NCBI GenBank assembly: GCA_951406725.2
Contig: OX597819.1
Location: forward strand, 97,154,001 to 97,218,000
Direction of reading: 5' to 3'
DNA: 64,000 nt
Source: Octopus vulgaris
Taxonomy: Eukaryota
Part shown: positions 24,297-37,971 of the stretch, piece by piece
How positions within the stretch are numbered: the stretch's first letter is position 1
Layout of the letters: each line of letters begins with the position of its first letter
Notes under the pieces: generated by a model
Told to the model about the DNA's origin: nothing
Seen by the model: the letters and a program-made list of their open reading frames with translations, nothing else
Database searches by the model: none
Program-made: the position numbers and the translations under genes

Positions 24297-25197
24297 TATT
24301 ATTATTATTATTATTATTATATCAACTATCACTGGCTATTAACTATTTTCTATTCTAATCATTGATTTCACATTCTTTCCTATATATCACCCTTGACCAT
24401 CATCTTACAACCCAGAACAATCAACTGAAAAGTATTCAATTACAGAACTGATAACCTTTAACTTTTTCTCTATGAACTGTTTACAATGAAATTCTATCAC
24501 TTTAATATCCCAACAGCCAACAGGTTATCATTTTGTAACACATCTAAGTTACAGAGATGATCGACAAAAGTCTACCATCACCAAAGCTTCACAATTGGAT
24601 ATGTCTGTATCATAAAGCTGATATCTAGCTACTTTATAAATAAAACCATATCAAAAGACAAGTTCTTATTGTTCTCACACATAACAGACAGAATAAAACA
24701 GTTTTGAAAAGAGAAATATCGCATCAATAGTTGTTGTCATTTAATTCGTTTGTACACAAATCCTTTTTAATTTATTGCATACTTTAAACTATAAGGCCAT
24801 GATGATGTATCACTGGCATGAATATTAGAAAATTATATTTAACATGACAAAAATGTGTATAGATGCAATTTAGACATTAAGTAGATAAATATTTGTGGAA
24901 GTTCAGTCAGTTAAGTAGCTTGCTGTCTATATTTTTATCTACTGTACAAACCACAAGTGTAATCAATAGAGGAATGCATTAGAGGCCATTATTTTCTCAT
25001 CATATCTTCCACATCACCCCAATCAAATCAAGATACAAAAACTAAAAAGGACTAAAAGTCAAATTCTATTAGTTACAGAATCAAACAGACTCTTTTACCA
25101 ACTGTAACATGATGGACAGTCTGATTTCACTTGACAGCAAAATGAACAATTTATTTGAAATGATACAGTGATTATTACTTTTATTATTACTACTACT

Positions 25198-25358
25198 AGG
25201 CACAGGAGTGACTGTGTGGTAAGTAGCTTGTTTACCAGCCACATAATTCCGGGTTCAGTCCCACTGCATGGCACTTTGGGCAAGTGTCTTCTACTATAGC
25301 CTTGGGCTAACCAAAGCCTTGAGTGGATTTGGTAGATGAAAACTGAAATATGCCCGTC

Positions 25359-25412
<54 letters not shown>

Positions 25413-25612
25413 CCCCCAACATCGCTTGACATCTGATGGTGGCGTGTCTACGTCTCTGTAACTTAGCAGTTTGGCAAATGAAACCAATAGAATAAGTACT
25501 AGGCTTACAAAGAATAAGTCCTGGGGTCAATTTGTTCAAATAAAGGTAGTGCTCCAGCATGGCTGCAGTCAAATGACTGGAACAAATAAAAGAATAAAAT
25601 AAAATAAAAAGA
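25198..25612 (+). mobile_element. Full-length tRNA-derived SINE family A with internal (TG)n
   Basis: A-box-like tgactgtgtggtaag, B-box-like gggttcagtccc, CORE-like ttgggcaagtgtctt, and a (TAAAA)n tail. Confidence 0.9.
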
Positions 25613-25626
25613 ATACTACTACTACT

Positions 25627-26452
25627 AAGGTGGCAAGTTGGCAGAATTGTTAGCATGCCGGACAAAATGCTTAGTGGTATTTCACCCGCCATCTGAGCTC
25701 AAATCCCACCAAGGTTGACTCTGCTTTTCATCATTTCAGAGTCAATAAAATAAGTACCAGTTGAGTACTGGATTCAATGTAATCAAACTAGTCCCCTCCC
25801 CACAAAATTTCAGGCCTTGCACCTGTAGTCCAAAAGGATTATTATTAGGCTGTTGAGCTGACAGAATTATTAGTGTGTCACATAAAAAAACTCATGTGGA
25901 ATTTCTTCTGATGTCATCTTTTCAGGGCCATTAAAATACAGTACAAGTCAAATACTAGAGCTTGATGTAATCAACTTACTCTCTTCCTCGAAATTGCTGG
26001 CTTTGTGTTAAAAAATAAAATGAGCCAGCATAATCATTAGTACATAACACAAAGTGGTTAGTGTCTTGAGTTCAAATTTCACTGAGGTCAACATTGCCTT
26101 TCATCCTTTTGGTAGCTAATAAAGTAAGTACCAATTAAGTACAAGAGTTGATGTAATTGATTATATCACTACCCCAAAATTTCAGGTCTTGTGCCTATAG
26201 TAGAAAGGATTATTATTATCATTATTATTATTAATAAGTCAGCAAGCTTGCAGAATTGTTGGCATGCTAGACAAAATGCTTAGCAGCATTTCATCTGTCT
26301 TTATGTTCTGAGTTCAAATTCTGGCAAGTTTGACTGCCTTTCATCCTTTTGGAGTTGTTAAAATAAGAACCAGTCATACACCCAGGTCAATGTAAGTGAC
26401 CAGCCACTTCCTGCATACGTTCAGGCCTTGAGCCTGTAATATAAAGCATTAT
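25627..26452 (+). mobile_element. Head-to-tail cluster of four family B SINEs
   Basis: Units start near 25627, 25848, 26020 and 26236; each has the g.cagaat..ttag / taagtacc / ccttg landmarks. Confidence 0.8.
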
Positions 26453-27043
26453 TATTACTTCATTGCACATCATTACTATATTCTTTATAGTTTTACTATA
26501 TTTTTATATAGTTTGACTATATTCATTAGTAAAACTAATTCAAGTGACTTGTCAACTTATTTTATTGGAGAACATATTTTATTGGTAATTTTGACATTTT
26601 TAATATTTTATTCTTTCATAAATTTTAATCAGTGGACTGTGGGCATGCTAGAGTACTTTCCAGGCTGCCTTGGCCATACCCAGATAACTTAGAACATCAT
26701 TCAGCACGACCTGATAAATATATATATATATAGATAGATAGATAGATCAGTTCCTCATATGCTGATACACAAAGCATTAGATTTTTTTTTTTTAATCTAG
26801 TATTGTAAAAGGAAAATTTTGATGTAAATCAAATCAGTATTCACATGGTTTTCCACCAAGAAAGGTATGATAGTTACAGGCACTGGAGATAGATATCATG
26901 ATGAGGTGAAGCATTCTCCACACCTTTTCATGATAGTTATGGAATTAGTATTGAAAAGTATGATAACTCAGAAAGGAAATGATTGTGCTTTTATAGATGA
27001 CATTACTGCCATAGTGAAAACATGAAAAGTTGACTGAACATAT

Positions 27044-27135
27044 CATGACATTGATGAGAAAGTAGCATGGTCAAATATGAACTGACGAGATAGTAACATT
27101 ATTGACGGAGTAGCATGGTCAAATATAAACCATGT
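27044..27135. repeat. Tandem duplication, 2 x ~48 bp
   Basis: agtagcatggtcaaatat occurs at 27061 and 27109. Confidence 0.7.
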
Positions 27136-27450
27136 GGTGATACTGATGATTAAAATGAAACTAATATGTGCTAAGAATGTCATATTCATTAAATAAAATC
27201 CATTTAAATAATATATTATTATGACATCCTGATATCTAAAATAGTGTATATGTGATAACAATAAAACTAAGTTAAATAATAAATATCAACAGCTCAGAGT
27301 AACAGTGAATAGTTTAGATAAGGACAGTTCAATGATTAGCACTAAATTTAATTGTGAGTTGCTTAATGTTAGCGTTCACATCATACAATTTATTAATGAG
27401 ACAATAAACAGTTTCACATCTGTTTAAAGTGATGACACTTATATATATAT

Positions 27451-27770
27451 TTCATCGCTTAACGTCCGTTTTCCATGTTAGCATGGGTTGGACGGTTCGA
27501 CTGGGGTCTGGGGAGCCAGGAGGCTGCACCAGGCTCCAGTCTGATCTGGCAATGTTTCTACAGCTGGATGCCCTTCCTAACACCAACAACTCCATGAGTG
27601 TAGTGGGTGCTTTTTACGTGCCACCGGCACAGGTGCCAGGCGAGGCTGGCAATGGCCACGATCGGTTGGCGCTTTTTACGTGCCATCAGCATGGAAGCCA
27701 GTCAAGGCAGCACTGGCATTGGCCACGTCCGGATGGTGCATTTTACGTGCCACCGGCACAGGTATCACAT
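27451..27770 (-). mobile_element. Family C retroposon with 3 internal units
   Basis: aacgtccgttttccatgttagcatgggttggacgg...ctggatgcccttcctaac...ttttacgtgcca x3. Confidence 0.85.
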
Positions 27771-28104
27771 AGAGAATTGTATTTGAGTGAATTGGGAAAA
27801 CTCTGTCTCAACATCAGGATCTAAATATACCAAAATAATAGAACTGATTATATATTCTTCCTTTCAGCGATATCAATTGTAGTTTTGCCTACCAGATACT
27901 TTGCTACAATTACAAACTACATATAAACCAAAAATAGAAATTGTTCACCAGCTAGTTTGCTACAATCACAAATAAGTATTAAGTGAAAATCCAGTCCATA
28001 AGTAGCTATAAAGATGTTGATTTACCAATGCTTTAAAGAAAATTAAAAAAAAAAAACTTTCCTGAAAATCCAATACTACAACTGAAGACAACTGTTTATA
28101 AGGA

Positions 28105-28545
28105 TGTTGCCAGTGAGATGGCAGATTCAGTAAAGCATGTGGTAGGTATTTGTTCTGGATCTTTAGATTGTGAATTTAAATTTCATTGAGCTTAAACATT
28201 GCCTTTCATCTTGCTGGAGTTGATAAGATAATGTAGCAGTCAAGTACTGATGTCAATGACATTGACTAAACCCTATCCACAAATTTGCTGCCCTTAAACA
28301 TAAATCAACAACAACAACAACTGTCACTGCCACCATCATCATCATCATTCAGAAAGCTGACAGAATAGTTGGGCAAAATGTTTAGAAACATTGCATCCAT
28401 CTTTATGCTTTGTGATTAAATGCCACCAAGGCTGATGTTTTTCATCTGGGGGGGGTGGGGGGTGAGATAAGTACCAGTTGAGTACTGGGGCTGATTTAAT
28501 TGACTTAGCCCATCCTATGAAATTGAGCCAACATTCTAAACCATC
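28105..28545 (+). mobile_element. Two degenerate family B SINEs
   Basis: gagatggcagattcagtaaagca...gcctttcatc, and gctgacagaatagtt...taagtaccagttgagtactgggg. Confidence 0.65.
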
Positions 28546-28925
28546 ATTATAATTTTAATTTTTATAATTGGAATCAAGAAAAATTGGCACAGTGGGCAAG
28601 TAAATGATGAATATGATAAAACAGATGACAGACATAAGATGCTAGAGAGAGGAGAGTGCAAATGTACCAGTAGTAGTAGTAGTAGTAGTAGAACAGACAA
28701 GACAATCTAAACATAGTGTGAAGAGGAATTACGAGTAGTTCAGATCTAAAAGTAAGGAAGTTTGCAGGAAGTAGGAACAATTAATTACAGTTCCACACAG
28801 TAACATGGCACTTAAAGGCAAGCATTGAAAAAAAAAAAAAAAAGAGTAATAATAACAACTGACATTTATCCTGTCTACAATAATTTCTTATCAACCTCCA
28901 TAATTCTTAATGACACCCATTTCAA

Positions 28926-29105
28926 ATGCTGGCATGGGTTGGATGGTTCAACAGCCAGAGGATGGCATCAAGATTCAATGTTTTTAGCCAACTGTAGAAA
29001 CTATGCTGAAGTAGACATTGGCACATGGCACAGTCCTCTGGCTCAACAGGGACTGTTGAACCATCCACCCAATTCCAGCATGAAAAACAGACATCAAATG
29101 ATAAT
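28926..29105. repeat. Two family C tails fused in inverted orientation (hairpin)
   Basis: atgctggcatgggttggatggttcaacagcc (28926-28956) compared with the reverse complement of 29051-29081, atgctggaattgggtggatggttcaacagtc. Confidence 0.8.
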
Positions 29106-29467
29106 GATAGCCCACTCTTCAAACATTTGCCACATTAGAATAATTATTTTATGAATGTCTAAACAACAGACTTTAAAAACTTTTTTTAAAATCAGAACAA
29201 CCATTTGCTAACTGAAGAAACAATAGGCAGTTTAATAACAACAAAGGATACAATCCTACTTGATTGGCAGGGCTGGAAGACATTGTACAGAAATGATCTA
29301 GGATTTATTTCTAAGTTCAGTAATTTTATGTACATGGCTATTTTCACCACATACAATGACCATAAGGGATGGATAGCATTATAAATAGGTTTGAGTTGAA
29401 TTGTTAGTTTCATAGGATTTTTTTGATTTTTTTTGAAACAACATTTTTTGATGATTAAAAAAAACCA

Positions 29468-29525
29468 TATGTATACATATATATATATGTGTGTGTGTGT
29501 GTATATACGTATATATATACATATC

Positions 29526-29558
<33 letters not shown>

Positions 29559-29680
29559 ATATCTATATACATATATCTATATACATATCTATATATACAT
29601 ATCTATATATATGTATATATATGTGTGTGTATATATATATGTATGTATATGTGTATATATGTATGTATATGTGTACAATG

Positions 29681-29714
<34 letters not shown>

Positions 29715-29763
29715 TATACACATATCTATCTATACATATCTATCTATCTATATATATATATAT
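29468..29763. repeat. Compound (TA)n/(TG)n/(CATATCTATATA)n microsatellite
   Basis: Read directly; a similar tract resumes at 30101-30225 on the other side of the SINE. Confidence 0.95.
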
Positions 29764-30100
29764 AAAGGGTAAAGACCCCTTCGGTCATGAATGACCATGG
29801 GATTGCACCTAGAAAGTTACCCTCCTAGACACAAGTCCGGGCAAGGTTGTTTATGGAAGACCAGCAGTCGCCCATGCATACCAGCCTCCCCTCTCCACGC
29901 CACCAGTGTTATCCAAGGGAAAGACAAACGTCGATACAGCTTGGCACCTGTGACGTCGCAACTCATTTCTACAGCTGAGTGAACTGGAGCAACGTGAAAT
30001 AAAGTGTCTTGCTCAAGAACACAACACGCAGCCCGGACCGGGATTCGAGCTCACAACCTCACGATCGTAAGCTCAACGCTCTAACCACTGAGCCATGCGC
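29764..30100 (-). mobile_element. tRNA-derived SINE family D, young (CpG-retaining) copy inside a TA microsatellite
   Basis: The minus strand begins GCGCATGGCTCAGTGGTTAGAGCG (A box), with a B-box-like GAGCTCGAATCCC, then gtgttgtgttcttgagcaagacact. A second copy is at 53362-53690. Confidence 0.9.
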
Positions 30101-32980
30101 ATCTATATATATATATATACATATATATACACATATACATGCATATATATACACACACATATATATATACATATATACACACACATATACATAAAGATAT
30201 ATAGAGATATGTATGTATGTATATAACACCTGTACAGCAGATCTATGTATCTATATAGCAGTAGATGAGCTATGAAGGTGAAGAAAGTTTATTTCATATG
30301 TAACCCTATTTATATGAAGAATGAAATAGGCAGGAAAGCAACTGTGACACACCTAAGAGGAAGATTAAAACAAAACTGCATCTAATTATTAAAAGTTGAT
30401 ATGATAACAGTCAATAAATATGGACATGGAAATGATTGCATATTCCAGAGAAACATTTGATAACTAGCAATGAATGATGGTGTTGCCCAACAACAAAAAT
30501 GAAGATGTTAGACAATAGTTGTAATAAGAATCAGTGGTGTTAGTTGTTGTGATGAAGATAATAGTGACTGTGGTTGTCATAGCAATGGTAGTGATTATTG
30601 TCCCTGTTGTAATTATGGTGACAGAGGTAGCAGTGATTTTGTTGTTGTTGTTGTTGTTGGGGAGGACAAAGACAGTAAAGCCACTAAATTTTTTGAACCC
30701 ACAAAACAACTATTATTTTCCTTCACAACAAATGAAGGGTCATTTCTTCAGAATACAAGAGAAATGGCTTACACCTAGTGAAGGCTTTGTCACCAATGGA
30801 AATAATTAATAAATTAGCAAGCTCAGATATACATCAACAAATAATAAACAAGAATATTTCGAGAAATATAAACATAAATATTTCAAGAAGAAAACAAAAT
30901 CCTTTTGTTGTAGAATAAACTTTGACAGTATGATTCCCTGTTGCATTTAGAACAAGACGGAATTGGATGTAGGAGGTAGGAAGACAGACAAAACAGGCTT
31001 TTATGGTGTAACTAACAATAGCTATCAGGAAAATTACCATAACAGAGGTTCAAATGAAGGAATGGTAGAAAAGATAAGGCTGTGGAGAAGTATCCTGGGA
31101 GAATTGATAGAATATTAGAATAAAGGAACAAAGTCATATATATATATATAAATGACTGAATAATGTAAATGTTTCTGATTGAATTAATATTTATATAAGA
31201 CCATGTGTGCTTGATTGTGTTAACACATGGGTTGACAGAAGTAAGATTTTGTGTGTATGTGTGTGCGCATGCGTGCGTGCGTGCTTGCACAAATTACTGA
31301 ATGTCTAAATATGTTTGTCTCAGTATCTACAAGGGAGTGAATGTAAATGTTTGAAATGTGCATGCATGATGAATTTTCATTTGTTTGAAAGTGGGAGTAA
31401 GTAAACGTATGAGTGCACACATGTGTGCATGCAAATGTGTGTGTCCATATGTAATTTGATATCCAAAATGATATGATTTTAAGTGGTTGCAGATAAAACA
31501 GCATGTAATCATCCACAAAGATGCATAACGCTACATGATTTTTTCTCTCTCTCAGCTCTCTCTCTTTCTGTCTCCCTCGCTGTCTCCCACAGAGGAAGTT
31601 GGGGGTAGAGTGATAGACAATATCTCCATATTTTACCATTCTAAACAATTTATGAAGTGCAATACTGCACTTATTCTAAGTCGTTGTATTCCTGTAGTTA
31701 ATGATGTGTCAGTGTTTTGTAGATGGTGAGTAGAACTGACCAGTGGAGGGAAAGACACTGACTATAATTAGGCCATATGTCAAGTGACAGGCTACAGCAA
31801 TCTATCTACAGGAAAAAACAATACTACAAGCCACTCTAGCAAGCTCTAGTTTTTCTCTCTCACAACCTACCAGTGATGACCATTTCTTCAATTAACCCCA
31901 TTCGTGACCACCTACAAAAGTTTTTCCTTTTTGTTTTGACCAATGACACAGTTATTTCATAGTTCTTTAAAGTAGGACATATATTGCAGGAAATCAACCA
32001 ATGCCATCCTTTTGTGCTGTTATTGGATTTACGACTAACTTCTCTTTTTCTACCAACCTTTGAAGACAGTGATCTTAATCACTATCAGAAGCTCTACAGC
32101 AGAACACTAAAGCCAAAATTATCAGTATTGTGTGCCATTGTTGACACAAGTCTATCAAAGACAAATCAATAGAACAAGATTCTAATGCCAGACCAATAAA
32201 TTCAGTATTTTTGATATAGCTTGCTACTGGAATGGATCGATAGTTCAGTTTTTAGCTTATTATCCTCAACAACAATAAGACTAACAGTTTGGAAACTAAC
32301 CTATTGTGTCATCTTTAGGATTTGTTCAACAAAGCGTATCCTACTGCCTATTTCCTCAGACAAATATATACAAACATGTGGTTATACACATACACACACA
32401 CATACATACATACATATTCATATATTTAGAAATGTAGTCATATGCACAAACTAAATATAGAATTTGATAGGAAAATAGTCAATTTTGTTCATTAAAAGAA
32501 ATGATATAACAATTCAATCAGTACAACATAAAATAGTCATACATGTTTGCTTGTTTGCTTTAGAGCGATTCAATGATTTTCAGTCAAGATAAGCAGATGA
32601 AGGTGGAAAATGGTAAAAGAAACAGAAGCATTTATAAATACTTGTACTTAAAATATCGATTGATTTTCTTACGGAATAAAAATCGAAATGGATGCAACTG
32701 AAAATAAGAATTTCTACAACCAGTCACAGAAATGTTTTCCATCATACACATATATTATCATCGCTGACAACGTCATCATCATCATCAATATTTTTATTTC
32801 CAAAGAAGTATGGTTTTTGTATAAGCATTCAAGAAAAAAAGGAGGCATCCCAATTTCCCAATATTGACTAAATTATAACTATATTAATTGCTTCTCTATT
32901 CCACTGAAATTCTCTTTAGTCTGCTTTTATACAGCGTGAATCTCTTCAACAAAAGGTTAGAATTTCTTAATCAAGATTGC

Positions 32981-33065
32981 TTAACCCTTTCATTACCAAA
33001 TTTCTATTGAAATATATTGTCTACATATTTACATTAATTTTGAAAATATTCAAGAATTGAAAAGC
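32981..33065. mobile_element. Partial piggyBac-derived MITE, family M2
   Basis: ttaaccctttcattacc..atttct..tgaaata...attaatttt resembles the left end of the 6010 piggyBac. Confidence 0.55.
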
Positions 33066-34894
33066 TGGAATAATGTTTTCATTTAATGGTAGTATTAAGA
33101 TAATGATAGGTACACAACTAAACACAGTATTTGCACAAAACCATTACAGACTATTCTAATTCAAATATGAACACTTCAAAATAAGGCAGTTTTGAAATCA
33201 ACTCAGTTGATAAAAATTCAAAATCCTGTACTAGAAATTTTTGTTGCCAAATTTTGAACTACATGAAACTGCAATTAAAATAGCATTATTGGTTGGGCTA
33301 GAAAATTTGAACAAAGCCAAAAGACTTCCTATTTGCACCATGTGTGCTTATATTTTGCATTTTATCAAATGGATTTCTCCAGATTTCTTCTTCCTTTAAT
33401 TTTTTTAGCATAATGGCAGTTAATACTTCAAGCAGCAAATCTAAAATTCAGTGATATCGTTTATTAATAATTTATTTATTTACTTGTGATTTAATCAGAG
33501 ATAGATAGATTGCACTCGGATAAAATAGCTAAAGTGATACTTTAATGTCTTCTCTTCAAAGCAACAAAGTGATACAGGGATTTGTTGATTTTGATCAGGT
33601 GTGGAGTTATCATGTAGCAGATTTTGCATTGATATTTTCATTAGTGAATGGTAAGGATTAATTAAAAAATAATAAATAAATTTAAAATATGACTGATATA
33701 TGTTTTAAATGAAGTGTTTTTGCATTGTGGTGGGTTTATGAGCAGTGTAATTATTGTAATAAGAATAAATAACACTAATTTGTTATATCATACAAAACTT
33801 TTGTATGGTGGAGATGAAGAATATCTCAGAATTCTTCTTCTAGTGGGAAACTAGATTACAGAGACTAACTGGGGAACAAATTCGGCTCTGAGACAAGAAA
33901 TTGAAGCTCAGGATTCAATATCTTGCAAATATATGAGAAAGCACCTACATGTAATCAACTTAGTTAGGCAGGTGACAGTGACATGTCAACAAGTGAAAGT
34001 CAACAGGTAAAACTTAAATTCACAATGTACACCAACAATCATTACATTGTATCAGCAAATACCATTCTCAATTCCTATTTCAGTTATATTTTTATACAGG
34101 ATTGACTGATTTTACTTACAATCTCAAGTTTGTAACAGGATTGGGAGATTTAAATTGAGAAAGTACTACAAGACATTGAAAATTAAAGAATTATAAAACA
34201 ACTGTAACTATTTTCATAGCATATAAAGCTGACTGATGGTAGATACTAATAAAGAGTTAGTAAGCTATAACTAGCTGGAAATGCAACACCTAAGGCTGAC
34301 ACAGAGCAGTTGATAACTATAAGGTGATGAACTAGCAGAGTCATTAGAGCATTGGATGAAATGTCTTGTGATATTTATTTTGGCTCATCACATTCTGACA
34401 CAGCTGATGTCGACTTCAACCATAGTCACCATTAAATAAAGGACTAGTCTAGAATGGTGGATTAATGGATTTATTAGAGCATGAGATAGGATACCTTGTG
34501 ATAAATATATGGTTCTTTGCATGCCGGGTTCAAATCCCACTGTGGCCAACATGTCTGATTTAACACCACTACTTGGTCTCAGCAAAATCTACTCGAGCCA
34601 GGTCTTCAGTTTGTGGATAACTTCTTGCTTTCCACCAGTTTTGGAGGCCCTGAAAAGGACCATCCATAAGGCCTACTTTTTCTTCTAACTAAGCATTAGA
34701 AAACAAAAGTGTTGTAATGCCTCAATATTTTGGAACTTAGTGTCAGCTTTAAACAGTGAGACCCCAAACTTTGTTGATTAGCTAGTGTTGATGTGATATA
34801 AACTAAGTTTATATCTAAAAATTTCAGGTACTATGTAACACCAACAAAAAGCAAGGTGGTGGTGGTTATTATTATTATCATTATTATTTAATCT

Positions 34895-35062
34895 TTAGTG
34901 GTATTTCACCCATCATTACATTCTGGATTCAAATTCCACCGAGGTCAACTTTGCCTTTCATCCTTTTGGGGGTCAATAATTTAAATACCAGTGAAACATT
35001 GGGGTTAATGTATTCAACTAGTCCCCTCTTCCCAACTTTCAGGCATTGTGCCTTTAGAAGAA
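34895..35062 (+). mobile_element. 5'-truncated family B SINE followed by (ATT)n
   Basis: ttcaaattccaccgaggtcaactttgcctttcatccttttgggggtcaata. Confidence 0.85.
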
Positions 35063-35063
35063 A

Positions 35064-35094
<31 letters not shown>

Positions 35095-35439
35095 TATTAT
35101 TATTATTTCACATCTATATCAAATCTTTCAACTTTAGCACAGTCTGGTACAGTCTTTGTATTATTTCTGAAATCATCCAAACAAAGAGAATTTTGGTTTG
35201 GATCGTTCCACAAACATAGAAAGAGGATTCCAAATAATGTCCCTATTCTACTTTTATGACTTTGGTTAAACTAAGTTCAACATGAAGTCAAGATATTTTC
35301 CGCTTACTCCATGGGACTCGGAGCTCTTTGACAAATATTCTGTTGGTTCTAATTGCTGATATTGCTGCAATATTTACTAGTCTTTCTCACCACAAATGTA
35401 TATAGGTAGATTCTTTGGAAACATCTACATGAACAACAA

Positions 35440-35660
35440 ATATTTATTTCTTTATTGCTCACAGAGGGCTAAACATAGAGGAGACAAACAAGGACAGACA
35501 AAGGGATTAAGTCGATTACATTGACCCCAGTGCATAACTGGTACTTATTTAATCAACCCTGAAAGGATGAAAGGCAAAGTTGACCTCAGAACCTAACAGC
35601 AGACGAAATACCACAAAGCATTTCGCCCGGTGTGCTAACGATTCTGTCAGTTCACCATCA
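35440..35660 (-). mobile_element. Family B SINE with an alternative 3' tail
   Basis: The family B core is followed on the minus strand by taatccctttgtctgtccttgtttgtctcctctatgtttagccc...aataaagaaataaa. Confidence 0.8.
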
Positions 35661-36519
35661 TATGAACATCATATTATGAAGCATTTTCCCAGTTTTAATC
35701 ATCTTCATTTTAGTTAATATCCACATAATGGATGTCTTTCACAAAGAATCTGCTTTTGTTTCTCAGATCTTGCTTCTATCACATGAGTATTCAGACAGAG
35801 AACAAATAATAAATGAAAATAAGAACGTATAGTTGACATATAAAGCAAATCTAAGTGCAGTTTGTAGCAGGTGTTGATAGCTATGTTTGAATGGACATCC
35901 ATAAATGTTTCAGTGATGACTCTTCAACAAATTCTATACATTAGAGAAGACAAAAGTGTTAACTGTACTCTAGAGTATGGCTTACATAATGGTGCTGCTA
36001 TACAGTCATAACCACAAAGGCACATACACCAATATGCTGAAAGCAATAGATGACAGACACATTCTACTCCAGTCAGCTAGCTGAGTATCACCTGATCTAT
36101 GTTTACCGAATACCCAACCCCTCCAAACTTTGTTTAATCTTTCATCAGAGAAAAGGAACTTTCCAGAATGAATTCACTTCAACATCTCTGCAGATACCAG
36201 CCAACAAAAGTTTAACCGTTCAATTCCCAAGTCTGTAATTAAAATGTTTTAATTAATTTTGAAAAATAATAAAAAAAATAATAAATGTGTTGTTCTTGAA
36301 CTGTAGACAGCGGTGGAGTACAACTTCCAGATGATGAACACAAGTGAACAGAGAAGGTCACAAGTATTTTGATATTTTACAATTAAGCTAAATGATGAAC
36401 ACCAAGATAAAAGAAATGGTTTCTTCTAAATAAACCAAGAGTGAAAAAACTATGTAGATCCAAGCTTACTGGAGGAAACCTGATCAGAGGTATTGACATT
36501 TGGGGCTGTAAACAAGCTA

Positions 36520-37280
36520 TGCTACTGTACAGGAATTTTGGAATAAATAAAAGAGGAACTGGTCAACCAGGACTGGAAAACTAGGAAGATAATGGTATGT
36601 ATGGGTGCCTCCATACTAAAAGTAATGTGGTAGAGCTTTACCTATCTAGGAAGGAAGGTAAAAGAGGAATGGCTGGAATAGAAGACATTGTTACAAAAAA
36701 AGACCAAATCCTTGTATGCTTAACTTAGAGATAGCAATGAAAGAATGTTGCAGGCTACACTGAGTGAGAAGGTGATCAGTGATAATGATGAGACCATCCA
36801 GGGGTACAAAATGAGAATTAAAGAAGAAAAGATCCTTAACTAGAAAGACAAAGCCCTACGTGCAGAGCTTTTCCAACAAATACCAGATGAAACTAATGAA
36901 GACTCAGACTTTTAAAAGAGACAGAAGGATTGTCTTTCTGTTCAAGAACAAACTTTACAAACCAACTCAATCAAATGCAGCATAAAACAGCAGTATAACG
37001 TTTGAGTAGTTTATGTCAAAAATCATCTTAAATGTTTAGACATATAAGTAGCAGGTACTCAAAACTGGCCCAAAAGGAGTACAAAAAAATGCCATAAAGT
37101 GGCATTGCAAATACACAAGCAGTTGTGCAGGAAGTATGGGCTAGAATGTCCCAACAGGTGGTATGAGCACCAACCTTTGCCAGTAGCAGAGAATGATCCG
37201 GTGAAACCCAAGTGAGACATTCCAATATATACAGATAAGAAGCTGCGACAAAACTGACCAGATATCACTCTCCTATGGAA
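36520..37280 (+). mobile_element. Degenerate RLE-type non-LTR retrotransposon (post-RT to endonuclease region)
   Basis: Fragments read GCLHTKSNVVELYLSRKEGKRG (compare LHP.S...RLY..R..GGRGL), ETEGL, QEQTLQTN, WYEHQP and IYTDKKL...PDI. Confidence 0.75.
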
Positions 37281-37509
37281 GGATTGGAAGTGAAATATAT
37301 CTATAGAACTGTGGTTGGTAAACTTGTATCCATCTCAAAGGCAGCAATATTGTGGCATGTAAAGCTGAAAATATCAAACTTCATAGGAAGTACAAAGTTG
37401 ACAACAATACATAGAACAGTATATGTTAAGGAATGCATTTCATCTCTAAGCTGCAGGAAGGAGCTGATATAAAGAAAGAACAGAAAAGAAAGAATACTAA
37501 TAATAATAA

Positions 37510-37938
37510 TCCTTTTTACTATAGGTACAAAGTCCAAAATTTTGGGGAAAGGAGATAGTCTATTACACTGACCCCAGCATTCAACTGATACTTATTTCAT
37601 CGATCCTAAAAGGATGACAGGTAAAGTTGATCTTGGCAGCATTTGAACTCAGAATATAAAGACAGACAAAATGCTGCTAAGCATTTTGTCTTGTATGCTA
37701 ATGATTCTGCCAGCTCACCATCTTAAAGCTTTCAAATTTTCGCACAAGGCCAGCAATTGTGGAGGGGGGTTAAGTCAATAACATCAGCCTTAGTGTTCAA
37801 CCAGTACTTATTCTATTAACCTTGAAAAGATAAAAGGCAAAGTCAACTTTGGCGGAATTTGAGCTTAGAATGTAAAGGCAGACAAAATGCTGCTAAGCAT
37901 TTTGTCTGGTTTGCTAATGCTTTTGCCAGCTTGCCACC

Positions 37939-37942
<4 letters not shown>
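37510..37942 (-). mobile_element. Two tandem family B SINEs
   Basis: gacaaaatgctgctaagcattttgtc occurs at ~37665 and ~37881, each with flanking family B landmarks. Confidence 0.85.

Positions 37943-37971
<29 letters not shown>

Noticed and set aside
27429-27824. 131-aa ORF and similar ORFs at 15983-16270, 25095-25692 and 62772-63287
   Set aside because: They lie wholly within family A or C retroposon copies and are not host genes.
29433-29794. ORFs rich in Y/I/C/V/H/T (also 383-614, 16499-16684, 44203-44433, 45930-46466, 56600-56846, 58791-59147)
   Set aside because: They are translations of (TA)n/(TG)n/(CA)n microsatellites.
30020-30100. tRNA gene on the minus strand (also tRNA-like motifs at ~25200 and ~34520)
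   Set aside because: A and B boxes are present, but the sequence runs straight into a SINE body that recurs at 53362-53690. These are SINE heads.
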